Source: an uncultured bacterium
GTDB taxonomy: Bacteria; Acidobacteriota; Thermoanaerobaculia; Multivoradales; JAHZIX01
Direction: 5' to 3'
Length of the DNA: 64,000 nt
Assembly (NCBI GenBank): GCA_965368975.1
Contig: CBDUPA010000003.1
Span: 256,001 to 320,000, forward strand
Shown piece after piece: positions 55,450 to 64,000 of this stretch (its first letter is position 1; each line of letters begins with the position of its first letter). The notes under the pieces are model-generated. The model made no database searches, was not told the origin of the DNA, and saw only the letters and a program-made list of their open reading frames with translations. Position numbers and translations under genes: made by a program.

Positions 55450-55621
55450 CGCTCAGGCACCTCGTGGTGGTTCGTACGGGAGTTAGGACGGTTCCTAGCT
55501 TATCCGCTGAAGGAGAGCTTGAACAGCGGTCGTTGCCGGCCCCACATTGCGACCTGCGGATTGCCCGTGGGCGACAAAAGATGAGAGACTTCGTTGCTGT
55601 TTTGGCAACACGAACGCCCCA

Positions 55622-56140
55622 ATGATCGAACTCACGACCCACAGCCCTGAAGACACGCGAGCCCTTGGCCGTCGCCTCGGGGCCCAGCTACCCGCCGGTA
55701 CCGTCGTTGGTCTCGACGGCGACCTGGGAGCCGGCAAGACCTGGCTGTGCAAAGGCCTGGTCGAAGGCATCGGCACCTTCGATGCCGCTTCGGTCAAGAG
55801 CCCGGCCTACAACCTGGTGCACGAGTACCCGGTGTACAGGCCTGACGGCGCAACGCAGCTCGTCATCCACATCGACTTCTACCGCCTGGAAGAGCTCTCC
55901 GACACCGACGCCCTGCTCTTCGCCGAGTACTTCGAGCGCCGCGACACGATCGTCTTGGTGGAGTGGGCTCGCCGCTTTCTGGCTGAACTGGTACCGGGTT
56001 TTCTTGCCGTGGAGTTGCAAACGGTGCCCGGCGCCGACGAACAACGCCAGATCCGCCTCGACACCGTGGGCGACGGCTATGACGACCTCTTGGCGACCCT
56101 GACGGCCACCGTCTCCGCCCATGTCCGGAACCTTGCATGA
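55622..56140 (+). CDS. tsaE: t6A biosynthesis ATPase TsaE
   Basis: GDLGAGKT, VKSPAY, HIDFYRL, VEW. Confidence 0.92.
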   Translation: MIELTTHSPEDTRALGRRLGAQLPAGTVVGLDGDLGAGKTWLCKGLVEGIGTFDAASVKSPAYNLVHEYPVYRPDGATQLVIHIDFYRLEELSDTDALLFAEYFERRDTIVLVEWARRFLAELVPGFLAVELQTVPGADEQRQIRLDTVGDGYDDLLATLTATVSAHVRNLA

Positions 56141-56898
56141 AGACGCTGATCCTCGATACTTCCAGCTCGCGCACAACTGTCGCCCTGGCTGAGATCCCGT
56201 TGCCCGGCGGCGGCGAGTCCCGGCTGTCTGACAGCCGCAGCCTCGACGTTCAGCCGCTGACCCACCTGCACGAAATGGCGCGCGACCTGCTGGCCGGACT
56301 CGACCTGTCGATGCGCGACCTCGACGCGGTCGCCGTCGTCGCCGGCCCTGGTTCCTGGACCGGACTCAACATCGGCGTCACCGCGGCCAAGACCCTGGCG
56401 CAGGTACTCGAGATCCCCGTGATCCCCCTCGGCAGCCTCGACTGCCTGGTGGCGGCGATCGATCCAACGGCAGGCGGATCCTCGGTGCCGCCCGCCACCC
56501 CCGTGTACGCCCTGCTCGACGCCAAGCGTCGCAAGGCCTACTGCGGCGTCTACACGATGGGGGAGCAAGGGGTCGTCGACCTGACAGACATCGAGGGCGT
56601 CGCCGGTCAGCGAGACCGCCAGCTACAGGTGCTACCGATCGACGAAGTGTGCCAGCGACTGCGCGTCGATGCCCAGACGAGCCGGCCCCTGGTCGTCGAA
56701 TACGGCAACGTCCTCTCCGCACAGATGGCGCGCGAGGTCGGGGAAGCGGAGGTGCGAAGCGTCGCCCACCTCGACCCCCACGGCCTGCTGCGCGCGCTAG
56801 GTGCGGCCCGAGGTCGAGCCCTTAGTGGTGAAGCCGCGCTGACCTTCTCACCGCACTATCTGCAAGATGCCTTGGCTGGCCAGGGATCGGGTAGCTGA
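56137..56898 (+). CDS. tsaB: t6A biosynthesis protein TsaB
   Basis: ILDTS, GPGSWTGLNIG, DAKR, terminal PHY; ATGA coupling to tsaE. Confidence 0.9.
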   Translation: MKTLILDTSSSRTTVALAEIPLPGGGESRLSDSRSLDVQPLTHLHEMARDLLAGLDLSMRDLDAVAVVAGPGSWTGLNIGVTAAKTLAQVLEIPVIPLGSLDCLVAAIDPTAGGSSVPPATPVYALLDAKRRKAYCGVYTMGEQGVVDLTDIEGVAGQRDRQLQVLPIDEVCQRLRVDAQTSRPLVVEYGNVLSAQMAREVGEAEVRSVAHLDPHGLLRALGAARGRALSGEAALTFSPHYLQDALAGQGSGS

Positions 56899-56902
56899 GA
56901 CG

Positions 56903-57961
56903 ATGAGCCAACTGATCCTGGGCATCGACACCACCTGCGACGACACCGGCGTTGGCGTCGTCGAGGACGGCGTCCACATCCGCGCCAACGTCATCGCGTC
57001 GCAACACGCGGCGCACGAGCGCTACGGCGGCATCGTACCGATGATCGCGGCGCGCCAGCACGTGCGCAACGTCAACGTGATCCTGCAGGCAGCGCTCGAA
57101 GAAGCCGGCGTCGGCTTCGCGGATCTCGATGCGGTCGCCGTGTCCAATGACCAGGGGCTGCTGCTGTCGCTCGTCGTCGGTGTCGCGGCGGCCAAATCGA
57201 TCGCCTTGGCGCAGGGCATCCCGCTCATCGGTATCCACCACCTCGAAGGACACATCTACTCGCCCCTGATGGACCATCCCGACGAGCTCGAGTTCCCGTT
57301 CGTCCTGCTCACCGTCGCCGGCGGTCACACGCTCCTGCTCGAAGTCACCGACCACGGCCACTACCACCTGCTCGGCCACACCCGCGACGACGCCGCCGGC
57401 GAAGCCTACGACAAGATCGCCCGCCGTCTCGATCTCGGCTATCCCGGCGGCCCCGTCATCGACCGCCTGGCGGCCGAGGGCGACCCCAAGGCTTTTGACT
57501 TTCCGCGTCCGATGATCGACAAGCCGCACGCAGAGGTCAGCTTCAGTGGCCTCAAGTCGTCCGTCATCCGCACGATTGACCGTCTGGAAGAAGCAGGGGA
57601 AGACCTACCCGTTGCCGACCTGTGCGCCAGCTTCCAACAAGCCGTGGTCGACGTGCTGGTGAGCAAGACCCTGCGCCTGGCCGAGCGCAAGAAGCTCGAA
57701 CGCATCGCCCTGGCCGGTGGCGTCGCCATGAATCGCCAACTGCGCGCCGCGTTGACAGCCGGCGCGACGGAGCGAGGTTTCCGTACGTTTCTGCCGCAGC
57801 CCAAGTTGTGCGTCGACAACGGTGCCATGGTCGCTGGTGCCGCCTACTTCCTCTGGCGCCAGCGCGGTGAGGCCAGCTCGCTCTCGATCGACGCGCGGGC
57901 CAATGCTCCGCTGGGTGAGCTAGAGGCGAAGTACAAGCACGCGACGAAGTACCAGGACTAG
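56903..57961 (+). CDS. tsaD: tRNA threonylcarbamoyltransferase TsaD (divergent)
   Basis: HHLEGH, GGHT, DDAAGEAYDK, YPGGP, SFSGLK, DNGAM. Confidence 0.92.
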   Translation: MSQLILGIDTTCDDTGVGVVEDGVHIRANVIASQHAAHERYGGIVPMIAARQHVRNVNVILQAALEEAGVGFADLDAVAVSNDQGLLLSLVVGVAAAKSIALAQGIPLIGIHHLEGHIYSPLMDHPDELEFPFVLLTVAGGHTLLLEVTDHGHYHLLGHTRDDAAGEAYDKIARRLDLGYPGGPVIDRLAAEGDPKAFDFPRPMIDKPHAEVSFSGLKSSVIRTIDRLEEAGEDLPVADLCASFQQAVVDVLVSKTLRLAERKKLERIALAGGVAMNRQLRAALTAGATERGFRTFLPQPKLCVDNGAMVAGAAYFLWRQRGEASSLSIDARANAPLGELEAKYKHATKYQD

Positions 57962-57971
57962 CCGATGGACT

Positions 57972-58736
57972 TCAAGCGCTGGACGCTTGATGTTCCAAGG
58001 CGCTCTCTGGTTCCTGGTAGGTCTTGACCCCGGCCCGCCGCAACTCCTTCGACGTCACCGGTCCGATCGACCACGCCTTCAGCTCCCCAAGACGCTCCAT
58101 CCCCCCAGGCACCTCGGCCAGCACGTCCAGGAAATGCCGCACGATCCTTGGACTGGTGAAGGTGACCCAGCCGATCTCGTGGCGGAAGATCTCGCGCGCC
58201 CGCTCGATGGTTCCTGCTGGCAACACCTTGTCGTAAGCGACGGCCGCCTTCACCTCGACGCCCGCGTTTCGTAGTCCGTCGACCAGATCCGGACGTGCGT
58301 CCGCCGCCTGCGGTACCAGGACCTTGGCGCCGACTCCCACGACGTTCACCAGCTCCCGCGCCAGGTCAGCCGCCGTACCTTGTCCCACGAGCCGCGGCTC
58401 GATGCCGCGACGCTGCAGGGCTGCCGCGGTGGCTTTCCCGACGCTGGCAGCTCGCACGGTTTCCCAACGAGTCCCTGCCGGCATCCGATCGCACAGGGGA
58501 TCTACCGCATTGGCCGACGTCACGGCCAGCCATACGTCTTGGCCCGCACCGGCCGCCGTTGTCGCCGCCGCAAGCTCGGCCGCCATCGCGCGTAGCGGCC
58601 GATCGTCCTTGACCTCGACGACCTCGAGCAGCGGCAGCAGCACCACCTCGAAGCCGTCCTCCTCGAATTTCCTGACCCAGCTGTCGGCCTGGTGTGTCGG
58701 CCGGGTGATGACGATGCGGGGGCGCTTCGGGCTCAT
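57972..58736 (-). CDS. hemD: uroporphyrinogen-III synthase
   Basis: ITRP, TSANAV, VGKATA, FTSP, IGPVT; coupled to hemC. Confidence 0.9.
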   Translation of the reverse strand: MSPKRPRIVITRPTHQADSWVRKFEEDGFEVVLLPLLEVVEVKDDRPLRAMAAELAAATTAAGAGQDVWLAVTSANAVDPLCDRMPAGTRWETVRAASVGKATAAALQRRGIEPRLVGQGTAADLARELVNVVGVGAKVLVPQAADARPDLVDGLRNAGVEVKAAVAYDKVLPAGTIERAREIFRHEIGWVTFTSPRIVRHFLDVLAEVPGGMERLGELKAWSIGPVTSKELRRAGVKTYQEPESALEHQASSA

Positions 58737-59662
58737 CGAGCCGAGCGGCGGATGCGCTTGAGGACGTCTGCGGCACCGTTGTCGCGCATCGCTTGGATGC
58801 ACGTGCTGGTGGCTATTCTAGGGTCCGCGTCGACTCCGTAGCCGCGCGCGGTGTGCTGACCATCGGGGGTGAGGAGGATGGCGTCGAGGGCGAAGCGGCC
58901 GTCGTCCAATCTACGGCCCCAGGCGCCGAGGGGCAGCGTGCAGTTGCCACCGAAGCTGCGTGAGATCTGGCGCTCGGCATGCGCAGCGTCGCTGGCATCC
59001 GTGTCATTCAAGCGGCTGCAGATCTCGTGGGCGACGGAATCGCGTTTGGCTTGCAGGACCAGGGTACCTTGACCCGGTGCAGGGACCATGGCGGCATCGC
59101 CGGAGGCAGCGATGGGGTGGGCGGGAAAGCCGCTGAGATCCAGGCGACGCAGGCCGGCGGCAGCGAGGATGACGGCTTGCCCGCCGCCTCCACGCCACTT
59201 CTCGATGCGCGTGTCGATGTTGCCGCGGATCGGCTTGACGCGGAGGTCGGGACGCAGGCGGAGGAGCTGAGCCTGGCGGCGCATGGAGCCGGTCAGGACG
59301 GAGGCGCCGGTCGGAAGGGCACCGAGGGTCGAGGCCACGTTGCTGATCAGGACATCGCGCGGGTCTTCGCGCGGCGGGAAGGCGGCCAGGGTCAGTTCCG
59401 GTGGCACCAAGGCCGGCATGTCCTTGAGACTGTGGACCGCCAGGTCGATCGAGCCGCTGAGCAATCCGGCTTCCAGCTCCTCGGTGAAGAGGCCCTTGCC
59501 GCCGATCTCGGCCAGCTGGCCGGAGAATCGATCACCGCGGGTGACGATGGTCTCCAGCTCGACCTGCAGGCCCGGTTCGAGCGCTTCTAGCTGGCGGGCG
59601 ACCCACGAGCTTTGTGCCACGGCGAGCTTGCTGCGGCGGGTTCCCAACTTCAAGACAGTCAC
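58733..59662 (-). CDS. hemC: hydroxymethylbilane synthase
   Basis: GTRRSKLA, KGLFTEE, VHSLKD, RGNIDTR, GGNC. Confidence 0.97.
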   Translation of the reverse strand: MTVLKLGTRRSKLAVAQSSWVARQLEALEPGLQVELETIVTRGDRFSGQLAEIGGKGLFTEELEAGLLSGSIDLAVHSLKDMPALVPPELTLAAFPPREDPRDVLISNVASTLGALPTGASVLTGSMRRQAQLLRLRPDLRVKPIRGNIDTRIEKWRGGGGQAVILAAAGLRRLDLSGFPAHPIAASGDAAMVPAPGQGTLVLQAKRDSVAHEICSRLNDTDASDAAHAERQISRSFGGNCTLPLGAWGRRLDDGRFALDAILLTPDGQHTARGYGVDADPRIATSTCIQAMRDNGAADVLKRIRRSAR

Positions 59663-60942
59663 TTTTCCTCCTCGTCGAGCTGAAACAATTCGCGGACCAG
59701 CGCCAGGTGGGGCAGACCGTCTCCTTCAGGGCGGCGCAGGCGGGTGCTGGGGTGATGCAAGATCTTTCGCACCAGCGAGCGGGTGAGTTGCTCGAGTTGC
59801 GGGTGCGTTTCGTCAGGGAATTCGCGCAACACGCGCTCGACCTCGCGACGCCGGATGGTTTCCGCGCGGCGTTGCAGGCTGGCGACCAGGGGCTCGGCTT
59901 CGAGGCTCCGGAACCAGCTGTAGAAACGGGTCAGTTCGTGATCGATGATTTCACGGCACTGCGGGACGGCCTCTCGGCGGCGCTTGAGGTTGTGGCTGAT
60001 CAGCGTTTCGAGGGCGTCGATGTCGTGGAGGAAGACGTTGTCGAGACGGCCGACTGTCGGTTCGACATTGCGCGGTACGCCCAGGTCGACGATCAGCAAG
60101 GGACCGCGTCGACGGCCGAGGGCGGCGTCGAGATCGGCGCGCAGCAGGACGGGCTCGTCGGCGCCCGTGGTGGAGATCACCAGGTCGGACTGGGCTGCGA
60201 TGGTGTGACGGTCGTCGAAATCGACGACGTGGGTTTCCGGAAACTCCTCACGGAAGGCGTCGGCACGGGCTCGTGTGCGGTTGGCGATGCTCAGGTGCTG
60301 AACGCCGCGCTCCTTGAGGTTGCGCGCGACCTGATAGGCGATCTCGCCGGCACCGAGCAGCAGCACGCGGCTTTCTTCGAGGTGCGAGAAGATGTTGCGC
60401 GCGAGTTCCAGCACGGCGTAGCCAAAGGAGACCGCGCCGGCGGACAGGCCGGTCTCGGAGCGAGCGCGCTTCCCAGCGCTAGCGGCGGTGCGCAGCAATT
60501 GGCGCAAGACGGCACCAGCGGCTCCGACGGCGTCGGCAGCGGCGGTGGCCTGTTTTACCTGGCCTAGGATCTCGGGTTCACCAAGGACCATCGATTCCAG
60601 GCCGCAGGCGACGGCGAGCAGGTGTTCGGCGGCGTCCTGGCGCCACTTGACATAAAGCCGGCCTTGGCTCTCGATGTCGGGAGCGCGCGGCAGGAAGACC
60701 TCTTCCAGTGCGCTGCGGAAGGCGTTCTCTTCGTGTTCGCGCGGTCGCACGTAGACTTCGGTGCGATTGCAGGTCGAGAGCAGACAAGCCTCGGCGATCT
60801 CGGGGCGGGCGAGCAAGTGGACCAGGATCTCGGTGGTCTGTTCCGGGCCATAGCTGACCTGTTCGCGGAGCTCCAGAGAGGCGCGCCGGAAGTCGGTTCC
60901 GACGAGGACGATCGAGGGGGTACTGTTGGCGGTCCGGCTCAT
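59659..60942 (-). CDS. hemA: glutamyl-tRNA reductase
   Basis: STCNRTE, GLESMVLGEPEILGQ, GAGEIA, DLGVPRNV. Confidence 0.97.
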   Translation of the reverse strand: MSRTANSTPSIVLVGTDFRRASLELREQVSYGPEQTTEILVHLLARPEIAEACLLSTCNRTEVYVRPREHEENAFRSALEEVFLPRAPDIESQGRLYVKWRQDAAEHLLAVACGLESMVLGEPEILGQVKQATAAADAVGAAGAVLRQLLRTAASAGKRARSETGLSAGAVSFGYAVLELARNIFSHLEESRVLLLGAGEIAYQVARNLKERGVQHLSIANRTRARADAFREEFPETHVVDFDDRHTIAAQSDLVISTTGADEPVLLRADLDAALGRRRGPLLIVDLGVPRNVEPTVGRLDNVFLHDIDALETLISHNLKRRREAVPQCREIIDHELTRFYSWFRSLEAEPLVASLQRRAETIRRREVERVLREFPDETHPQLEQLTRSLVRKILHHPSTRLRRPEGDGLPHLALVRELFQLDEEEK

Positions 60943-60983
60943 GACGTCTTGCTCATGATAGGGCGGGGCCTGCGGTCGAAGCT

Positions 60984-61808
60984 TCAGGAGGCATGAAAGC
61001 TACCGGTGAAGACGAAGTTGATGACCATCAGCGACACGAGGATGACGGCGAGGCCGGCGAGGCTGGCGATGGCCGTCTGCGGCCCCTGCCAGCGCCGCAA
61101 CCGGCGCATCCCCAGAGCCAGCCCGTAGAGCAACCAGGTGGCGAGGGTGAACACGATCTTGGTGTCCTGCAGCCAGGTCTCGTAGCCGATGGCGTAGGTC
61201 CAGTAGAGACCGGCGGCGACCGCACCGGTGAGCGCTACGAAACCGACGCCGAGGGCGCCGCTGAGCATCCGGTCGAGCACTTCGAGCGGCGGCAGGCGTC
61301 CGTAGAACAGGCGGAAATGGGCTGATTTCAGTTCTCGGTACAGCTCCAGGTAGAGGAAGCCGTAGACACCAGCCAGGACGAAGGCGGAATAGCCGATCAG
61401 GGCCAGGAACACGTGAATTGTGAACAGCGGGCTCTTGAACAGGTCGAGGGATGGTGGTTCCGGCCGGTGCAGGAGTGAGGAGAGCAGTTGCAGCAGGAAG
61501 ACCAGGGCGAGCATCCACAGGCCGGTCGAGCGCTCGCGACCTTGCCACTCCACCAGGGTGTAGACCAAGGCCACGGCGAAGGCGATGATCGACAGGGCTT
61601 GCGGCACGGTGGCGGCGGGAAACTGCCCCCACTTGAAGGTCAGCACGACCAGGTACGCGAAGTGGAAGAGCAGGGTAGCTCGCAGAGCAGGTGCGGCGGT
61701 GCGCTCGGCGACCGGGTGGCGCTGGAAGAAGAGCAGGCCGTAGGTCAGCGTCACCAGCAGGTAGACCAGAGGCAAGAGGAGGAGCGCGGCGCTGAGGAAG
61801 GTGTCCAC
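60984..61808 (-). CDS. cytochrome c assembly protein (CcsA/HemX-like)
   Basis: About 8 TM helices, conserved His (TIHV), LPPLEVLD, W..DTK, terminal FH; upstream of hemA. Confidence 0.85.
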   Translation of the reverse strand: MDTFLSAALLLLPLVYLLVTLTYGLLFFQRHPVAERTAAPALRATLLFHFAYLVVLTFKWGQFPAATVPQALSIIAFAVALVYTLVEWQGRERSTGLWMLALVFLLQLLSSLLHRPEPPSLDLFKSPLFTIHVFLALIGYSAFVLAGVYGFLYLELYRELKSAHFRLFYGRLPPLEVLDRMLSGALGVGFVALTGAVAAGLYWTYAIGYETWLQDTKIVFTLATWLLYGLALGMRRLRRWQGPQTAIASLAGLAVILVSLMVINFVFTGSFHAS

Positions 61809-61816
61809 GATACGTC

Positions 61817-61822
61817 AGTATA
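61817..61822 (-). promoter_or_regulatory. putative -10 (TATACT), 8 nt before the GTG of the ccsA-like gene, leaderless-type
   Basis: Reverse complement reads TATACTgacgtatcGTG; no SD. Confidence 0.5.
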
Positions 61823-61865
61823 GTTCGGTTCGACGATCTGAGGGGAGGATAGGTCGGTTGGTCTT

Positions 61866-63638
61866 TCAGCCCGTGACGCGCACGACTTCTTCGAAGGTGG
61901 TGACGCCCTCGGCCATCTTGCGGAGTGCGCTCTGGCGCAGCGTGCGCATGCCGTTCTTGACCGCCTCGCGCTTGATCTTGGTCGCGTCCGCTCCTTCGAT
62001 GATCAGGTCCTTGATGGCGTCTTTCATCGGCAGGATCTCGAACACGCCGGTGCGGCCCAGATAGCCGGTGCCACGACACTCGAAGCAGCCTTCCCCCTCG
62101 TGCACCTTGACGCGCCGGTTGGGGGGAATCGACAGGTGCAGCGTGTGCACTTCGTCGTCGCTGAGGTAGCGCTCGATGACGCAGTGCGGGCACACCTTGC
62201 GCACCAGGCGTTGCGCCATGGCACCGACCAGCGTCGAGGTGATCAGGAAGCGCTCGACGTCGAGGTCCGCCAGGCGGCTGATGGCGGCGGCAGCGTCGTT
62301 GGTGTGCAGGGTGGAGAAGACCTGGTGGCCTGTGAGGGCCGCCTGCGTCGCATAGTGGGCCGTCTCGCCATCGCGGATCTCACCCACCATGATGATGTCC
62401 GGGTCCTGGCGCAGGATGTGCCGCAGCGCGCCGGCGAAGGTGATGCCGACCTTGGGCTGCACGGCCGTCTGGTTGAACGGCTCGTGGATCATTTCGATCG
62501 GATCTTCGATGGTAGTGATGTTGACTTCGGGATTGGCCAGGACGTTGAGGGCCGAGTAGAGCGTGGTCGTCTTGCCCGAACCGGTCGGTCCAGTGACCAG
62601 GATGATGCCGTGCGGGCGGCCGATGAAGTCTTGGAAGACGGAGAGCTCGTCGTCGTAGAAGCCGAGGCCGTCGAGGTCCTTGAGCATCACGTCCGGGTCG
62701 AAGATACGCATGACGATCTTCTCGCCGAAGGCCACCGGCAGCGTCGACACACGCAGCTCGATCTCGCGACCATCGCGCGTGGTCTTGACACGCCCGTCCT
62801 GCGGTCGTCGCTTCTCGGCGATATCGAGCCGCGACATGGTCTTGAGGCGGCTGATCACTGCCTTGTGCACCACCTTGGGCATGGTCTGGATGTCGTGGAG
62901 TACGCCATCGATGCGGAAGCGGATCAGGCTTGCCTCGCGCTTGGGCTCGACGTGGATGTCGCTGGCGCGGCTATCGTAGGCGTGTTGCAGCATGTACTCG
63001 ACGGCATTGACGACGTGCTGGTCGCTGGACTCGATCTCGGTCTCGCTCTTCATGCGCACGAGCTGTTCGAGATTGCCCAGGTCGATGCCGCCGTCGAGGT
63101 CCCGCTCGGCACGCTTGACGGAGTGGCGTAGACCGTAGAATTCAGTGATCGCGCGCAGCAGATCCGGCTCGGACGCTACGACGAGTTCGAGCTCCAGGTC
63201 GGCAATGCGCTTGAAAGAGTCGATCGCCTCGATGTCGAAGGGGTTGGCGCAGGCGACGCGCAGCCGGCCATCGGCCATCTCGAGCGGCAGCATGCGGTGG
63301 CGCTTGGCGAACGGGCGTGAGATCTTGGACTCGATGAGATCAGCGTTCAGCCCCAGCGGGTCGATGCGCACGTGCGCCAGCTTGGCGTCCGTGGCGATCA
63401 CTTGCGCGATCACGTGTTCGTCGACGACGGGGTTGTCGCCGTTCGCGGACAGGGTGCCCGACTGGATGGGAAGGTTGAGCCCGCAGATCAGCTCGTAAGC
63501 CACGGCACGCTGCTCGAAGGCGCGTGACGAGGCCGCTCGCGTGTGGCGAGCCTCCTTCTTGACCAACTCGACCTGCTGCGGCGAGATCACCTTGTGGCGG
63601 TGCAACAGGTCAGCGACCATGTGTGGTGTCAGGCTCAT
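61866..63638 (-). CDS. GspE/PilB-family secretion ATPase
   Basis: ASDIH, PQDGR, GPTGSGKTT, RQDPD, GEIRD, CPHC/CFEC; SD GGAGGAG. Confidence 0.95.
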   Translation of the reverse strand: MSLTPHMVADLLHRHKVISPQQVELVKKEARHTRAASSRAFEQRAVAYELICGLNLPIQSGTLSANGDNPVVDEHVIAQVIATDAKLAHVRIDPLGLNADLIESKISRPFAKRHRMLPLEMADGRLRVACANPFDIEAIDSFKRIADLELELVVASEPDLLRAITEFYGLRHSVKRAERDLDGGIDLGNLEQLVRMKSETEIESSDQHVVNAVEYMLQHAYDSRASDIHVEPKREASLIRFRIDGVLHDIQTMPKVVHKAVISRLKTMSRLDIAEKRRPQDGRVKTTRDGREIELRVSTLPVAFGEKIVMRIFDPDVMLKDLDGLGFYDDELSVFQDFIGRPHGIILVTGPTGSGKTTTLYSALNVLANPEVNITTIEDPIEMIHEPFNQTAVQPKVGITFAGALRHILRQDPDIIMVGEIRDGETAHYATQAALTGHQVFSTLHTNDAAAAISRLADLDVERFLITSTLVGAMAQRLVRKVCPHCVIERYLSDDEVHTLHLSIPPNRRVKVHEGEGCFECRGTGYLGRTGVFEILPMKDAIKDLIIEGADATKIKREAVKNGMRTLRQSALRKMAEGVTTFEEVVRVTG

Positions 63639-63735
63639 TGAGGACTCCTCCGGTCGGGAAGCCTATCGCACTGCAGGCTCGGCTGGGGTCTGCGGTGAGG
63701 GTACCGCTCGCTGGGGGGCCCCACACTGTGGCAGG

Positions 63736-64000
63736 CTAGCGCAGCGAGGCCACCACTCGATCGACCACCTGCTCCATGGTCGATCGGGGCGCATAGGCGA
63801 AGTCGCGGCGAGCGGCCGAGATGTCGTAGAAATGATCACGCGCCAAGACGCCGGCCAGGAAGCGGGTCAGGCGTGGTTCGCCGGGCAGGCGCAGGGTCCG
63901 GTGGAAGGTCTCGAGCACGCCGGCGAGTCGGCGCGCCGTGGTCTCGGAGATGCGGCGGCGTACCGGGGGGATGTTGAGGCGGTTGAGCAGTCCGTTGATC
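63736..64000 (-). CDS. 3-beta-HSD/OleD-like NAD-dependent epimerase/dehydratase, C-terminal part only
   Basis: Frame open to the window end; GEPRLTRF...DHFYDISAARRDFAYAP. Confidence 0.7.
   Translation of the reverse strand, partial: INGLLNRLNIPPVRRRISETTARRLAGVLETFHRTLRLPGEPRLTRFLAGVLARDHFYDISAARRDFAYAPRSTMEQVVDRVVASLR

Noticed and set aside
53503-55584. 693-aa + strand ORF, and similar long antisense ORFs (20927-22393, 43934-44983, 62100-63131, 928-2175)
   Set aside because: Antisense shadows of well-supported genes, expected from high-GC codon bias; no motifs.

Overview
High-GC bacterial chromosomal window, densely coding (about 49 CDS, the last truncated by the window end). I saw no rRNA, tRNA, CRISPR array or transposase. 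Gene content (CHAT/TPR, VWFA-like and LamG secreted proteins, giant FtsX-type permease) suggests Acidobacteriota, probably Thermoanaerobaculia-like; this is inference. Housekeeping blocks: uvrC, aceE-aceF-lpdA, tsaE-tsaB-tsaD, ccsA-hemA-hemC-hemD, an ArnC/LAB_N/ArnT-like envelope glycosylation operon, a NatAB-like ABC exporter with a TAP-like hydrolase, and mevalonate-route genes (HMG-CoA reductase, mevalonate kinase, polyprenyl synthase). Main highlights: (1) a ~10 kb locus (29.4-39.1 kb) with three secreted LamG paralogs divergent from an oversized ECF-sigma-like gene, which is coupled to a membrane protein with a possible MazF/PemK-like cytoplasmic domain and converges on an exported PDZ-TPR-CHAT protease, a candidate caspase-like proteolytic signalling system; (2) a SelW/Rdx-family selenoprotein (CxxU, in-frame TGA, downstream SECIS-like hairpin) absent from the ORF track; (3) a tsaEBD operon with coordinated changes in normally conserved motifs; (4) two orphan lipid operons (HMGR-UbiB-acyltransferase; PlsC-GNAT-TIR-like); (5) recurring leaderless-type promoters. 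All family calls come from motif recognition by eye, not from database searches.
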